Origin: a virus
IMG/VR virus record: IMGVR_UViG_3300045988_037151
Coordinates: 1-44,018 of that record
Reading direction: 5' to 3' (one strand)
DNA length: 44,018 nucleotides
A program made the position numbers and the translations under genes. This document shows, one piece after another, positions 13,511 to 23,435 of the stretch (the first letter of the stretch is position 1; each line of letters opens with the position of its first letter). The notes under the pieces are model-generated. The model worked only from the letters and a program-made list of their open reading frames with translations, did no database searches and was not told the origin of the DNA.

Positions 13511-15493
13511 TTATGTGGTAGTCATGGACGCAATGGCGTCCTCAAGATTTTTGACGACGAGATTTACGTCCCGCTGGTAGTCCAGCCTGATGCCAGCGCC
13601 ATCGCTTGCTTGCACCACGGTGTCAGGCGCATAAGCGGTGAGGGCATTATATACAGCTATCTCATCAGAGGTGAGTGGTGTTTCGATGGGGGGCGAGAGA
13701 GTCGCGTTTTGTTCGGTGAGCGGTTTTGTGTCGTCGAGAGCCGCAGTATCAATCCGCTGCACCTTCACCCCTCTTGCCAAATCAACCTCATCGCACACCC
13801 ACTGCTGGCCGCTCTGGTCAGTGTAGTTGCCGCCAGAGGTGACAGGGATGCCGGGTAAGCCATTGGGCGTGTGCAGGGTAAGGAGCTGTTCACGGTAGGG
13901 GGAGTAGGCAGTGGCGGTTGTGCCAAGTTCAAGCTGAACTTTTACGCCAGTGAGATTGTATGTTTGTCCTTCAGTGACAATAAAAACTATTCTGGTTGCC
14001 GTATCAGATATTTTGCCAGCGGTGTTTTGAGCTAGAACAACTTCCCATGTTTTTGATACAAGTTTCACTTTTGGAGATGTGATGCTAGACGATAAAATCA
14101 CCACACCGGATGCAATAAATGGTTGGATGTTTAAATTTGCGTAGCCAGAACTAATTGCCGTTCCTGAAATTGATATTAACCCATCTTTTACAGTAGTCGT
14201 TATACCTCTAGCAGTCACTGACCCGTCAGGAATATTCAGAAGATTCTTCCCTGTCGTTTTCACCGTCACGCTTCCGCCGTCACCCGCACTCACAATGGGC
14301 ACAGGCGCATCAGGAGTCGGTGTGCCGTCCTGTGTACTCTTGCCGTACACGGTCAGGCCGCACAGCGGGGCAGAATATGCGTCATTACAGCTGACCGGGT
14401 TGCCAGTCTCACTGCCGACAAGGATATTCTGTCTGGCTTGCAGTTTTTCCACGGATGACTTTAGCGCAGGCAGCTGTTTTTCGCGCTCCGCTTCTGCTTT
14501 CACTCGGGAGGATTCGGCTTCTACACGCCCCTCCTCTGCCGTCTGCCGCTCCTGCTCGGCGCTGGCACGCTTGGATTCAGCGTCTTTTCTGGCCGTCTCT
14601 GCGGCCGCACGGGTACTCTCTGCCTTTACACGGGCCTGCTCTGCGTCAGCGCGTTTGGATTCTGCGCCAGCTCGGGCTGTTTCGGCCTCCTGCCGCTTGG
14701 ACTCGGCAGTCTGGCGAGCGGTCTCATCGGTAACGCGCTGGGTTTCGTGATCTTTTCGTAACCTTTCGTCATCGGCGCGCTCCGCTTCCGCATTTACGCG
14801 AGCGAATTCTGCGGTTGCCCGGTCAGTCTCGGCACTTTCGCGGGCTGTTTCCGCTTTTGCCCGGGCCGTCTCCGCGCTCTGACGGTCATTCTCGGCGGCA
14901 ATACGAGCGCTTTCGGCGGTTTGCCTCTCCTTTTCAGCGGCGGCGCGGCCAGCCTCTGCCTCCGCTCTGGCCGTCTCAGCCGTGACGCGCTCAGACTCCG
15001 CTTCCGCACGGTCGGCTTCGGCGGTTTCCCGCCCAGACTCCGCCTCCAGCACCTTGTCCATGTCCGCCCGGACTCCATCGGCGGTCTTGACCGCACCATT
15101 CGCAGCGGACAAGATCTGCTGCACCAGATCAGGGGTTGGCGCGTCGCTGGTTGTGCCGTCTGTGCCAGCCTGCGCAATCACCGTGTAGGCGATATTACAG
15201 GATGCAATCTGCACACCGTCCGCCATACCTGCGATCACAAGCGCACCACGGCCAGCAGACGCAGTTGCCTCCGAGGGCACGTCAGACAGTCCGTCTGACG
15301 GCACGAGCACACGCACCGGCTCCGCCGCTTTGGGCGGATGATACACTGCTACAATGTCAAGCCCGTCCCAACCGGCACCGGCGACAACGGCAATCTGCTC
15401 CACGCCATAGCTCTCGACTGTACCAAGCTGGATCTGGGCGGGCATAGGTGCGTACCGATCCAGGTGTATCTTGTGGACGATCTTGTCCGGCAT
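13511..15493 (-). CDS. Tail fibre / receptor-binding protein with a long A/E/R heptad coiled coil
   Basis: 660 aa. It sits after the baseplate genes, has about 190 aa of AE(T/S)AR-type heptads, and has a beta-rich C-terminal half. Confidence 0.7.
   Translation of the reverse strand: MPDKIVHKIHLDRYAPMPAQIQLGTVESYGVEQIAVVAGAGWDGLDIVAVYHPPKAAEPVRVLVPSDGLSDVPSEATASAGRGALVIAGMADGVQIASCNIAYTVIAQAGTDGTTSDAPTPDLVQQILSAANGAVKTADGVRADMDKVLEAESGRETAEADRAEAESERVTAETARAEAEAGRAAAEKERQTAESARIAAENDRQSAETARAKAETARESAETDRATAEFARVNAEAERADDERLRKDHETQRVTDETARQTAESKRQEAETARAGAESKRADAEQARVKAESTRAAAETARKDAESKRASAEQERQTAEEGRVEAESSRVKAEAEREKQLPALKSSVEKLQARQNILVGSETGNPVSCNDAYSAPLCGLTVYGKSTQDGTPTPDAPVPIVSAGDGGSVTVKTTGKNLLNIPDGSVTARGITTTVKDGLISISGTAISSGYANLNIQPFIASGVVILSSSITSPKVKLVSKTWEVVLAQNTAGKISDTATRIVFIVTEGQTYNLTGVKVQLELGTTATAYSPYREQLLTLHTPNGLPGIPVTSGGNYTDQSGQQWVCDEVDLARGVKVQRIDTAALDDTKPLTEQNATLSPPIETPLTSDEIAVYNALTAYAPDTVVQASDGAGIRLDYQRDVNLVVKNLEDAIASMTTT
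14458..15043 (-). repeat. Degenerate 21-nt (heptad) coding repeats of the fibre coiled coil
   Basis: Translation: ETAEADRAEAESERVTAETARAEAEAGRAAAEKERQTAESARIAAENDRQSAETARAKAETARESAETDR... This region produces several long spurious ORFs in other frames. Confidence 0.8.
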
Positions 15494-15496
15494 GTC

Positions 15497-15697
15497 TTAC
15501 ACCTCCACCTCCGGCAGGCCAGCCACGCTGGTCAGCAGGCTGAGCACGCCCGCCAGCACCGACGCGCTGACCACGGCCACCCAGTTCACGTCTCCCAGCA
15601 CCGCGCTGGTGCCGATGGTGGCCACGGCGGTCTGAGCGGTGGTTTTGATGGCGCGGATGCCCGCTGCCTTAAACCACGTTTTCCAGTTCTCTTTCAT
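15497..15697 (-). CDS. Holin (phiLC3/LL-H-like family)
   Basis: 66 aa: MKENWKTWFKAAGIRAIKTTAQTAVATIG...VNWVAVVSASVLAGVLSLLTSVAGLPE. The pattern RA.KT.AQT....W.....S.LTS.AGLPE matches that holin family from memory. Confidence 0.65.
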   Translation of the reverse strand: MKENWKTWFKAAGIRAIKTTAQTAVATIGTSAVLGDVNWVAVVSASVLAGVLSLLTSVAGLPEVEV

Positions 15698-16020
15698 ATA
15701 TGTTCCTCCTTCTCAAGGTCAAGCGCTTTCACCCGCTTATACAACTCCGTGCCGGTTCCGTTTCCGCCGAGCGCATGATACGCCTTGTAGATGTATTCGA
15801 TGTTTTTCATCGCTGTCAGGTCGATTTGTCCCGCATCAATGTGTCTGCTGCACTCCGTGTAGAGCCTGTCGTGCAGGATGGCAAGCAGGCCGCCCTTGAT
15901 CGCCTCATCCTCAGCCTGACGAGCTTTCAGCTTTTTGGCAATCTTACGGTACGCTCCGCCTAGAGCAGCGATCACAGCGCCGAACACAGCTTCAATCCAA
16001 TACCTTTTTATCCATTCCAT
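15694..16020 (-). CDS. Membrane protein (N-terminal TM), possibly a holin accessory
   Basis: ATG at 16020. 108 aa starting MEWIKRYWIEAVFGAVIAALGGAY... The stop overlaps the holin start. Confidence 0.45.
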   Translation of the reverse strand: MEWIKRYWIEAVFGAVIAALGGAYRKIAKKLKARQAEDEAIKGGLLAILHDRLYTECSRHIDAGQIDLTAMKNIEYIYKAYHALGGNGTGTELYKRVKALDLEKEEHI

Positions 16021-16030
16021 CGTCTCTCCT

Positions 16031-17776
16031 TTACTTCCACCTTCCCAGCACCAGCACCGCCACGGTAAGCGCATCTGCGCCGCCGAAACTGCCGGACGGG
16101 TTATGCACAAAGACGCGGGCATTCTTGTTATCGCTCTGCGGGACAACCTTCACATTCCAGCCAAGCGCAGCACCGGAATTGCTCCCGACGCCCTCCAGCG
16201 TTCCGAAGGCCGCCACGCCAGCCTGTAAGGCGAACGGATAGCTCACCCATTTTTCCAGCACGGATGCGGCGGAATACTCTGCTGTCACGTTGCACCACAT
16301 CATGGCAAGGCCGGATGCACACTTGACGTATGACCAATCCCCGGAAGTTCCCGGCTCGGTCATAATGTCCCCGATCTGATTGTCGCCCAGCATCACCTTC
16401 CCGCGAAACTTGGTGTCATATCCCACGTCAAACACGTTTTCCAGCTCCGCCGTCTTTCCGAGGGATAGCCCGTCCCCTGACGCATGCAGGTCAAGAATCA
16501 CCTTTGCAGACAGGACGGATACAGTCCTGCGGTCGCTGGTAAAGTAGTCCGCAACGACCATGCGAAAATCATACTGATAGTCATTTGAAAACACAGTGTC
16601 CGGAACTACGGATGTTTCTTTGCTGTATGCGGGGTCTGTCAAAAGCGTTGTCCACTCCGACTCCGTGCTCCGCTTGTACTCAATCGTTACCGCATGGGTG
16701 TTTTTCTGGTCAACCTCTGCGATTGCATAGCCGTATTTGATGAGCACATAATCCGCGTCCTCCTGGTATGTGCCGCCTTTTGTTGCGCGGTTGACTGCAA
16801 AGGATTTAATCGTCGGCCTATAATACTCCTCGATGTATACCGTGACTTTCGTGCTTGCCGTTCTGCTTCTGGTGTCCGTTACACTCACATAGACCGGTAT
16901 GACGCCATAAGTCGTGATCGTATTGGTCGTTATGGACTGCCCGGAATATTTCACCCCACCTACTGATGTGGCGTAGTCCCAGATTTTGCTGCCATAAGCG
17001 CCAGACGCAGTGATCTTTACGTTCAGTCGTGATTTATTCTGCACATATACACCGAATTGCTTTGCGATAACGGATTCTGCTTCCGAAAAAGCAACGTCCG
17101 AAATAGTGGGCACCATATCGTCCGGGACGGACAGCGTGATTGGAAAATCCTGAGTTGCGATCACGTTACCCCCGGAATAGGTGATGAGTTGGAGCTTTCC
17201 CGTGCCGGATACCGCGTTGGGAATTTGCTCTGCAAGCGATTCAGGCGGGTACCACTCGTACCAGCCGGATGGTTTATCGTCCAGAACCCACTCGCTGGCG
17301 GAACCGAAGGTGTAAACAACGCGGTGCCTGAAGGCGTCAGACTCCGCCGAAATATGCAGTACCACCTTTGAGCCGATTATGCCGCCGTCAATGGTCATCG
17401 CACTGCCGCGTGGGATGGTGTCCAGCGCCTGACTTGCAGACACACTGCCTGTGATTTTGCCGGATACGCTGCCGCTCAGACTGAGTGTCATGGAGCCGTC
17501 CGAGTTGTGCGCAATGGTAGTCGTACCGGATAGCAGACTTGCTGCCCCACCCGGTGAGACCCGCACCTGACCGCTGCCGCTGTAAGCGTTTCCGCCGATG
17601 TTGGCAGCGTAGGAGCAGTTGCCCCATGTGTCCGATGTGGAAGAGCCGGACTTGCGGACTCTCAGCCACCAGCTGACTGTAGTGGTGTTATTCTCGACGG
17701 ATTGACTATCCACCCGAGTCTCCAGCTCGATTGTAATGTACTGGTTGCTGGACGCCTGATTTGAGTAGATTGCCAT
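16031..17776 (-). CDS. Tail/baseplate protein, DUF859 (siphovirus) family
   Basis: 581 aa. The N-terminus ...YITIELETRVDSQSVENNTTTVSWWLRVRKSG matches the DUF859 signature recalled from streptococcal phages (..NtS.VsW.L). Confidence 0.6.
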   Translation of the reverse strand: MAIYSNQASSNQYITIELETRVDSQSVENNTTTVSWWLRVRKSGSSTSDTWGNCSYAANIGGNAYSGSGQVRVSPGGAASLLSGTTTIAHNSDGSMTLSLSGSVSGKITGSVSASQALDTIPRGSAMTIDGGIIGSKVVLHISAESDAFRHRVVYTFGSASEWVLDDKPSGWYEWYPPESLAEQIPNAVSGTGKLQLITYSGGNVIATQDFPITLSVPDDMVPTISDVAFSEAESVIAKQFGVYVQNKSRLNVKITASGAYGSKIWDYATSVGGVKYSGQSITTNTITTYGVIPVYVSVTDTRSRTASTKVTVYIEEYYRPTIKSFAVNRATKGGTYQEDADYVLIKYGYAIAEVDQKNTHAVTIEYKRSTESEWTTLLTDPAYSKETSVVPDTVFSNDYQYDFRMVVADYFTSDRRTVSVLSAKVILDLHASGDGLSLGKTAELENVFDVGYDTKFRGKVMLGDNQIGDIMTEPGTSGDWSYVKCASGLAMMWCNVTAEYSAASVLEKWVSYPFALQAGVAAFGTLEGVGSNSGAALGWNVKVVPQSDNKNARVFVHNPSGSFGGADALTVAVLVLGRWK

Positions 17777-17777
17777 G

Positions 17778-18446
17778 TCAAGCCTCCCCGACGGCGTACC
17801 ATTTATAGGTCGTATTTTTTGTCAGATACTCTCCCTTTGTGGATGTCGCTGCCAGCACAACATCTCCGCCAGATACGGACACGGTAGGATTGCTCGCGCT
17901 GTATGTGTATGTGTATGGCGGATAGGTTCCAGACTTTGCCGTCGTTCCGACCCCGTTTATGCGCCCCGTGCCCCAATCTTCACAATAATAGCCACGGACA
18001 AAACCTAAGCCAGCCACACCATCAACGGTCAGAGCCAGCAGTGCAACATTACTTAACCCGGTCGCTATCACTGTTGCCGCTCCGGAGCCGCCTCCTGTTA
18101 CCGTCCCGCTCTTGCTCACCATCCCTCCGGCGCCTCCCGCCTCTAACGTTCCCGCCACACCGAAGATGGACACGCCCTTTTTGATGTTCACGGCGCTCAG
18201 ATTCCCGTCACCTTTGATGGTCTGTGCTCCGGTGAGATACTGGTTCGCAGCAATCGTCTGATTTTCCGTGCCGGGCGTGATGCTTTCCGCCGCCTTGCGC
18301 GGTACATCCGCGCCGACGTAAGTTGGCAACTCTTTCTCGATCTCCGCAATGGCGGAGGCATTCGCGCTTGCGCCGGATTCCAGATTATTCAGCGCTTCCG
18401 CTGTGATCGTGTCGCCAGTGCTCCACGTTTTCTGCGTATAACTCAC
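17778..18446 (-). CDS. Tail fibre/baseplate upper protein
   Basis: 222 aa. The N-terminus KTWSTGDTITAEALNNLESG is the conserved fibre N-terminal motif (W..G..ITA..LN..E.G). Confidence 0.5.
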   Translation of the reverse strand: MSYTQKTWSTGDTITAEALNNLESGASANASAIAEIEKELPTYVGADVPRKAAESITPGTENQTIAANQYLTGAQTIKGDGNLSAVNIKKGVSIFGVAGTLEAGGAGGMVSKSGTVTGGGSGAATVIATGLSNVALLALTVDGVAGLGFVRGYYCEDWGTGRINGVGTTAKSGTYPPYTYTYSASNPTVSVSGGDVVLAATSTKGEYLTKNTTYKWYAVGEA

Positions 18447-20257
18447 TTCATGGCCTCCTTTACGGCGGTGATTTTGCTGTCTGTACTGGCGTTGCTCTCC
18501 TCAATCGCATTCAGGCGGGCTGCGATGAGTCGGTCTCCGCTGTCAAGTTCAGCGCTTCCGACAACGGCTTCGCCGACGACGTTGGAGGTGTTTTCTGCCT
18601 CTTCGTGTACGCGGATCAGGCTCAGGTTTCCAGACCTGCGGGGGACAAACGCAAACTTTCCGATCCTCAGCGAGTTCAGGAAATGCGCATCTGTGATATA
18701 CAGCTGCTTATTGCTGATATACGCCACTTCCAGCCCGCCGTCCAGAAAGCTGATCCGATCATTGTCGACTTTGAGGGTGATCTGATTGCCTTCCTCGCCG
18801 ATCACCAGTCCGTCGACCGTAAAACGGAAATACTTATTGATCTCCGTGCGGACGTCCTGCACATCGCCGGATACATCTGTGATCTGGTCACTGGCCGCCG
18901 TGAAGCGCAGCTCGATCTGATCTGCGAGGATCTGGAGCTGACTGCTCACCGTCTCCTTGTAGGTCTCAAAATCTGACGTTCTGGTATACTCCTCCAGCGC
19001 CGACATGATAATCTGCTTGCTGTCCTGCAAGACCTGCGTAATCTGGCTGCTTGTAGTCTGAGCCAGTGAGGACAAATCGGTCTTCGTTTGGTTGATTTCC
19101 GCCTGCTGCCCGTCGTTTTGGTCTCTGATGTCAGTCAGTGCGCCCTGTACCCGGTCTGTCTGGGTCTTGATCGTTGCGCCAAAGGTGATGCGCGTGTTTC
19201 CCGGGTCTTGGATGTCAAGGTCAAGCTGGGTGAGCGCATAGCTTACATCAATACCATGTGGATCGCTTGTTATTGACGTGTAGCGCCCCACCCGCATCTC
19301 GGCGATTTCATCGTTCGTGCAGTGCAGGTCTACTGCTGTAACCGTGATTGTACGGGCAAGCATGATGCCGTCCTTTGCCAGTAGAGCCGCAGCCTTGCTG
19401 CGCAAGTTGGTTGCTTCCGCGACATCGTCCCACGTCTGGATTGAGGTGATGCGTCCGTACTTTTCGACAGCGCTTTTGGAGTAGATGACCGTCCCCTCCT
19501 TGACAAGATCATTCGTCACTGCACCGTCTGCAAGGTCTTTGATAGTCAGCTTTTCTGCGCCGACCGGCAAGATGGCCGTGTACAGTTCAGAGCCGTCCAG
19601 CTCATCCGATAGATCGAGCAGATTTTGCGCATACGCCACGCTCTGCGTGTTGGTCAGGGGGTAGTCGGCCAGATAGTCCAGATAGGTACCATCGGACTCG
19701 TAGCGCACCAGAAAATGTCCTCCCAACGCGGAGTCACGCAGTCTGGAGGTTATGCAAGCCCATGTGGTCTGGAAGTCCTCGCAGCTACGGGCGATGTAGT
19801 TGTTCGGGTCGGTGACGGTCACATTTCCAAGCTTGATTTTCTGCTCATCCGACACCTGCGCATTGTGACTATCCAGTAAATGGGAAAGCAAAAATTCCAC
19901 GACATTTTCTGTCGCCTCATATTCGGTGTCATTTTCGTAATCCGTTGGAAAGTCAAAAGGCGCTACAATAGAGTCATTGAGGCAGGCCAGCTGCCCCTCC
20001 GCCTCGATTTTGCGCGAGTTGTAAAAGTCTGTCGCGTCGCTCAGGATGCGCCCACGCCAGATGGTCACTCCGTCGCTGGTCAGCTCAAGCCGTCCGTGCA
20101 GCTTTTTCAATTCATCCGCGTGCGGATGGGTAGGCGGTACGGTAAAGCTCATATTGCCTGCCTCATCAACCGCCAAATGGACGCTCACGTCATAGATGTC
20201 TCGGTCGGTTAAGCGAGGGTCGTAGATTGTAAGGCCATCATAGGTAAGTACATACAT
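18443..20257 (-). CDS. Tail-associated lysin-like / prophage tail endopeptidase-family protein (Tal)
   Basis: 604 aa, directly after Dit. The size and the N-terminal region (YVLTYDG..IYDPR...) are typical of siphovirus Tal. Confidence 0.7.
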   Translation of the reverse strand: MYVLTYDGLTIYDPRLTDRDIYDVSVHLAVDEAGNMSFTVPPTHPHADELKKLHGRLELTSDGVTIWRGRILSDATDFYNSRKIEAEGQLACLNDSIVAPFDFPTDYENDTEYEATENVVEFLLSHLLDSHNAQVSDEQKIKLGNVTVTDPNNYIARSCEDFQTTWACITSRLRDSALGGHFLVRYESDGTYLDYLADYPLTNTQSVAYAQNLLDLSDELDGSELYTAILPVGAEKLTIKDLADGAVTNDLVKEGTVIYSKSAVEKYGRITSIQTWDDVAEATNLRSKAAALLAKDGIMLARTITVTAVDLHCTNDEIAEMRVGRYTSITSDPHGIDVSYALTQLDLDIQDPGNTRITFGATIKTQTDRVQGALTDIRDQNDGQQAEINQTKTDLSSLAQTTSSQITQVLQDSKQIIMSALEEYTRTSDFETYKETVSSQLQILADQIELRFTAASDQITDVSGDVQDVRTEINKYFRFTVDGLVIGEEGNQITLKVDNDRISFLDGGLEVAYISNKQLYITDAHFLNSLRIGKFAFVPRRSGNLSLIRVHEEAENTSNVVGEAVVGSAELDSGDRLIAARLNAIEESNASTDSKITAVKEAMK

Positions 20258-20913
20258 CAGAGCGTCACCTCGTTCCAGCGGATGGTGATCTTGCCCGTGC
20301 CGGACTTGGTCTTTGCCTTTAGGCTATTCGAGCCATTGGCCAGCCGGATAGCCGGTACAGTATGCGTTCCCGCTGAAACAGCGGTGCTGCTGCCTTGCCA
20401 CGTCAGCACAGTTTCGGCGGTGCACTCGATAGTCGGGACAACCGCTCGCCCGCCGTTTGAGAGTGTGATTGTTGTGTCTGTTGTGGTCAGCGACTTGCTC
20501 ACGGATGTTTCGGTGACTTTGGCGCGGAAGGGCTGGCAGTCGCAGGTCACGACGATTTTTTGCATTCCACCGCTCAAGGTGTGCTTGCTTACCGTGCATC
20601 GCCCTGTGTAGTAATGGCCTGTGTCCTCACCAAAGATGATTTTGCAGTTTTGCCCATGCACAGCCGAGCAAAAAGTGCCGAGTATGTCAGCCCATGTCTT
20701 TTCAGATTTTGCAGCCACAAATGTCAGCTTGATTGTGCGGTTTTTGTAGTGGATTTCGCCATCAAGAGCCGTAGACAGGTCAAGCAGCCCGTCCCGACCC
20801 GGGACGAGCTGCGTATTCGTTTGAGCCTGCGGGAGGCCGATTTCCTTTTTTGCAAGGAGGAGGCCATACTCCGAGTAGGTGTCTTTCCCGTCGAAAGATA
20901 CTTTTGCTATCAC
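20257..20913 (-). CDS. Distal tail protein (Dit)
   Basis: 218 aa, immediately downstream of the tape measure gene, starting FDGKDTYSEYGLLL... Confidence 0.7.
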   Translation of the reverse strand: MIAKVSFDGKDTYSEYGLLLAKKEIGLPQAQTNTQLVPGRDGLLDLSTALDGEIHYKNRTIKLTFVAAKSEKTWADILGTFCSAVHGQNCKIIFGEDTGHYYTGRCTVSKHTLSGGMQKIVVTCDCQPFRAKVTETSVSKSLTTTDTTITLSNGGRAVVPTIECTAETVLTWQGSSTAVSAGTHTVPAIRLANGSNSLKAKTKSGTGKITIRWNEVTL

Positions 20914-23435
20914 GTCGTTCTTGCCCTCCTTGCGTCGATTTGCCCAAGTGCCGTGTTCAGCAGCGGTGCGAATTCTCCAACCGTCTTACCGGAGTCCAAT
21001 ACAATCTGTCGGGTAGACAGCATCGGGAGGTATTCGGTCAAGATGGATATGAGCTGCACCAGCTTCTCTGAAATGCCAGTGGACATATCCGAAATAGCGC
21101 CAGGTGCGCTTTCGGTTGCGTATTCCGTTCCGGCACCGGCATATTTAATCCCCACCGAAATATCGCCGTTTGCCGCATTCTGTGCGGACTGCATTGCCTT
21201 TTCCACCGACTTTTCCACCGTCGGGATGGAGTTGTCGAGGCCGACGGCCATACCAGCGCCCAGCATAAAGCCCACTTCATCGCGCCATACTTTGGACGGA
21301 GATGCGATTCGCGCCTCCGCCTTACCAGCTTTGACGGCCTGATTCATCACATTCCTGGTCGCCCTTTTGACAGTCTCGCAGCTAAATTTAATGCCGCTTG
21401 CGAGTCCCTCCATCATGTAGGAGCCTATGTCCTCCATGTCAGAGCGGTAGGAGCTTGCTGTGCTCACGATTCCAGCGCAGCCGGATGCCATCTCGACTTT
21501 GGCTGCTTCGGTTGCGGCGTCGGCGTTGTCGCGAAACGCAGAAACAAGCCCCTGCAATTCATCATCGGATGCATCGACCATTTCCTGCACAAGCTGGGCA
21601 GATTCAGGTCCGGCTTCTTGAAGCTTGGCAATCAGGCCCTCATCTAGTCCCCTTGCCGCCAGCGTTTGCATATTGGACGCCCAGTTACGCATGGATTCGG
21701 TCTGCTTTTGCATATCGGCGATCAGCTCGTCGATGCTTGCATCTGTATCATCGCTGATCTTATCCCACATACCGGTGATGTCATACACAAGATCATCGGC
21801 GGTATCGGAGATGTCGGACTCCATCTCGGCATATGCAGATGCAATGTCGCTTGCATCGTCAGACATACTGTCGGCAGTATCGCTAGATGCGTCGCCCACG
21901 TCAGACATATCGTCGGTTACGCTGTCGGACATCTCGTCGGTTGCATCAGCCTGCTTTTGTGAGTTGTCTATCCAGTCGTTTACAGCTGCGGCTTGTTCAG
22001 CCGACAAGTATTGCGTCGCCCACTTCATCTCGCTTGTGCTTGCAAGCGTGGACTGTGTGACCTCGTCCATAGCATCTTTGCTGCCAGACACCCACGCGCT
22101 GATTGCATCCGGGATTTTAGAGACGGACTGCAAAAAATCGTCCAGCCGACTGACGAGGCTTGCCGCAGTGTCTACGCAAAACTGCATCGCCGGTTCGAAT
22201 TTCTCGTAGAGGGTGAGCTGCAAATGCTCTGTAACGGAGTCAAGCGTTTTAATCGACCCAGCGAGATTGTCATTCATGGTGTCGGCCATCTCAGAGGCCG
22301 TTCCGCCGCAGTCATACAGCGCTGCTTCGTAGTCCGCCACATTGTCAACGCCCTCATTCAGGATGAGGTTAACGCCTTTGATGGAGTCTGCGGTAAAGAC
22401 AGCGCTCAAGGCAGCTGCCTCTTCTGCATCGCCCATGCCCTGTGTTGCGGCATCCACATCTTTCAGGATGTCCGTCAGATTGCGGTAGTTTCCGCTTGCG
22501 TCCTGCACGGCAATATTCGTGCCGCCGATTGCGATGGAGCCATCTTCCATGTTGGCTGTGAGATCGCGCATCATAGCGGCCAGCGCAGTACCGGCGCGAG
22601 CGCCCTTTGTGCCCTGATTGCTCATGGCCTCGATAAGGGCGGTGGTGGTCTCCATCGACTGACCGGCAGCGTTCATGTTGGCCGCGCAGTTCTGGTAGGC
22701 TTCTCCAAGCTGGGTGACGTTCGTATTGCTGTTGGCCTGCGCATAAGCAAGGCGGTCTGCAAATTCGGATGCCCGGTTTGCCTCCCAGCCGAATGCGGAC
22801 ATATAGTCCGTGACCAGATCGGAGGCGCTTGCCAAATCCATAGCACCAGCAGATGCAAGGTCAAGGACACCATTTAGCGCAGACGTAGACTCGTTTGCGT
22901 CCCATCCGGCGAGTGCCATATAGCCCAGAGCATCGGCAGCATCGGTGGCCGAGAAAACAGTGGTTGCGCCAGCTTCCTCCGCAGCCGCTTTCAGCGATTC
23001 AAATTCTTCACTCGTCGCGCCAGAAAGAGCCTTTACCTTCGACATGGACGATTCAAAATTCATGCCGGAGGTGACTGTTTCTTTCGCAAAATCACCGATA
23101 GCCCTAGTACCCTTTATAATCGCAAATGTAGCTAGATTTGATGCGATTGTTGTTTTTGCGAAATTGGCAGCTGTTCGCATGAGCGAGTCGCCGGTTCTGC
23201 TCGCAGAGTCTAGCATTTTAGACCATCCGCTTTTAGCAGCCTTTTCTAGTCCTGTATTCGAGTTTTCAGCTTCTTTTCCTGTTATTTTAAGCGCATTCGC
23301 CGCAACCTTCGTAGAATCCGAGAACTTTTCCAGTGTGTTTGATGTCCATTTTGCAGACTCGGCAATTTTTTCAATTTGGGGAGACGCCTGATCTGTTGCT
23401 TTGATCGTTACTTCGGCGGTATAAAGGTTCGCCAC
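20910..23435 (-). CDS. Tail tape measure protein
   Basis: 841 aa, helical and A/S/D-rich. The TP901-type core is SMSKVKALSGATSEEFESLKAAAEEAGATTVFSATDAADALGYMALAGW. Position is after the G/GT genes. Confidence 0.9.
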   Translation of the reverse strand: MANLYTAEVTIKATDQASPQIEKIAESAKWTSNTLEKFSDSTKVAANALKITGKEAENSNTGLEKAAKSGWSKMLDSASRTGDSLMRTAANFAKTTIASNLATFAIIKGTRAIGDFAKETVTSGMNFESSMSKVKALSGATSEEFESLKAAAEEAGATTVFSATDAADALGYMALAGWDANESTSALNGVLDLASAGAMDLASASDLVTDYMSAFGWEANRASEFADRLAYAQANSNTNVTQLGEAYQNCAANMNAAGQSMETTTALIEAMSNQGTKGARAGTALAAMMRDLTANMEDGSIAIGGTNIAVQDASGNYRNLTDILKDVDAATQGMGDAEEAAALSAVFTADSIKGVNLILNEGVDNVADYEAALYDCGGTASEMADTMNDNLAGSIKTLDSVTEHLQLTLYEKFEPAMQFCVDTAASLVSRLDDFLQSVSKIPDAISAWVSGSKDAMDEVTQSTLASTSEMKWATQYLSAEQAAAVNDWIDNSQKQADATDEMSDSVTDDMSDVGDASSDTADSMSDDASDIASAYAEMESDISDTADDLVYDITGMWDKISDDTDASIDELIADMQKQTESMRNWASNMQTLAARGLDEGLIAKLQEAGPESAQLVQEMVDASDDELQGLVSAFRDNADAATEAAKVEMASGCAGIVSTASSYRSDMEDIGSYMMEGLASGIKFSCETVKRATRNVMNQAVKAGKAEARIASPSKVWRDEVGFMLGAGMAVGLDNSIPTVEKSVEKAMQSAQNAANGDISVGIKYAGAGTEYATESAPGAISDMSTGISEKLVQLISILTEYLPMLSTRQIVLDSGKTVGEFAPLLNTALGQIDARRARTT

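Noticed and set aside
14458-15043. ORFs 14295..14750, 14455..14733, 14794..15177, 14921..15298 and others within the fibre gene as separate genes or a low-complexity element.
   Set aside because: They are out-of-frame or antisense readings of the A/E/R heptad coiled-coil coding repeats of the 660-aa tail fibre.
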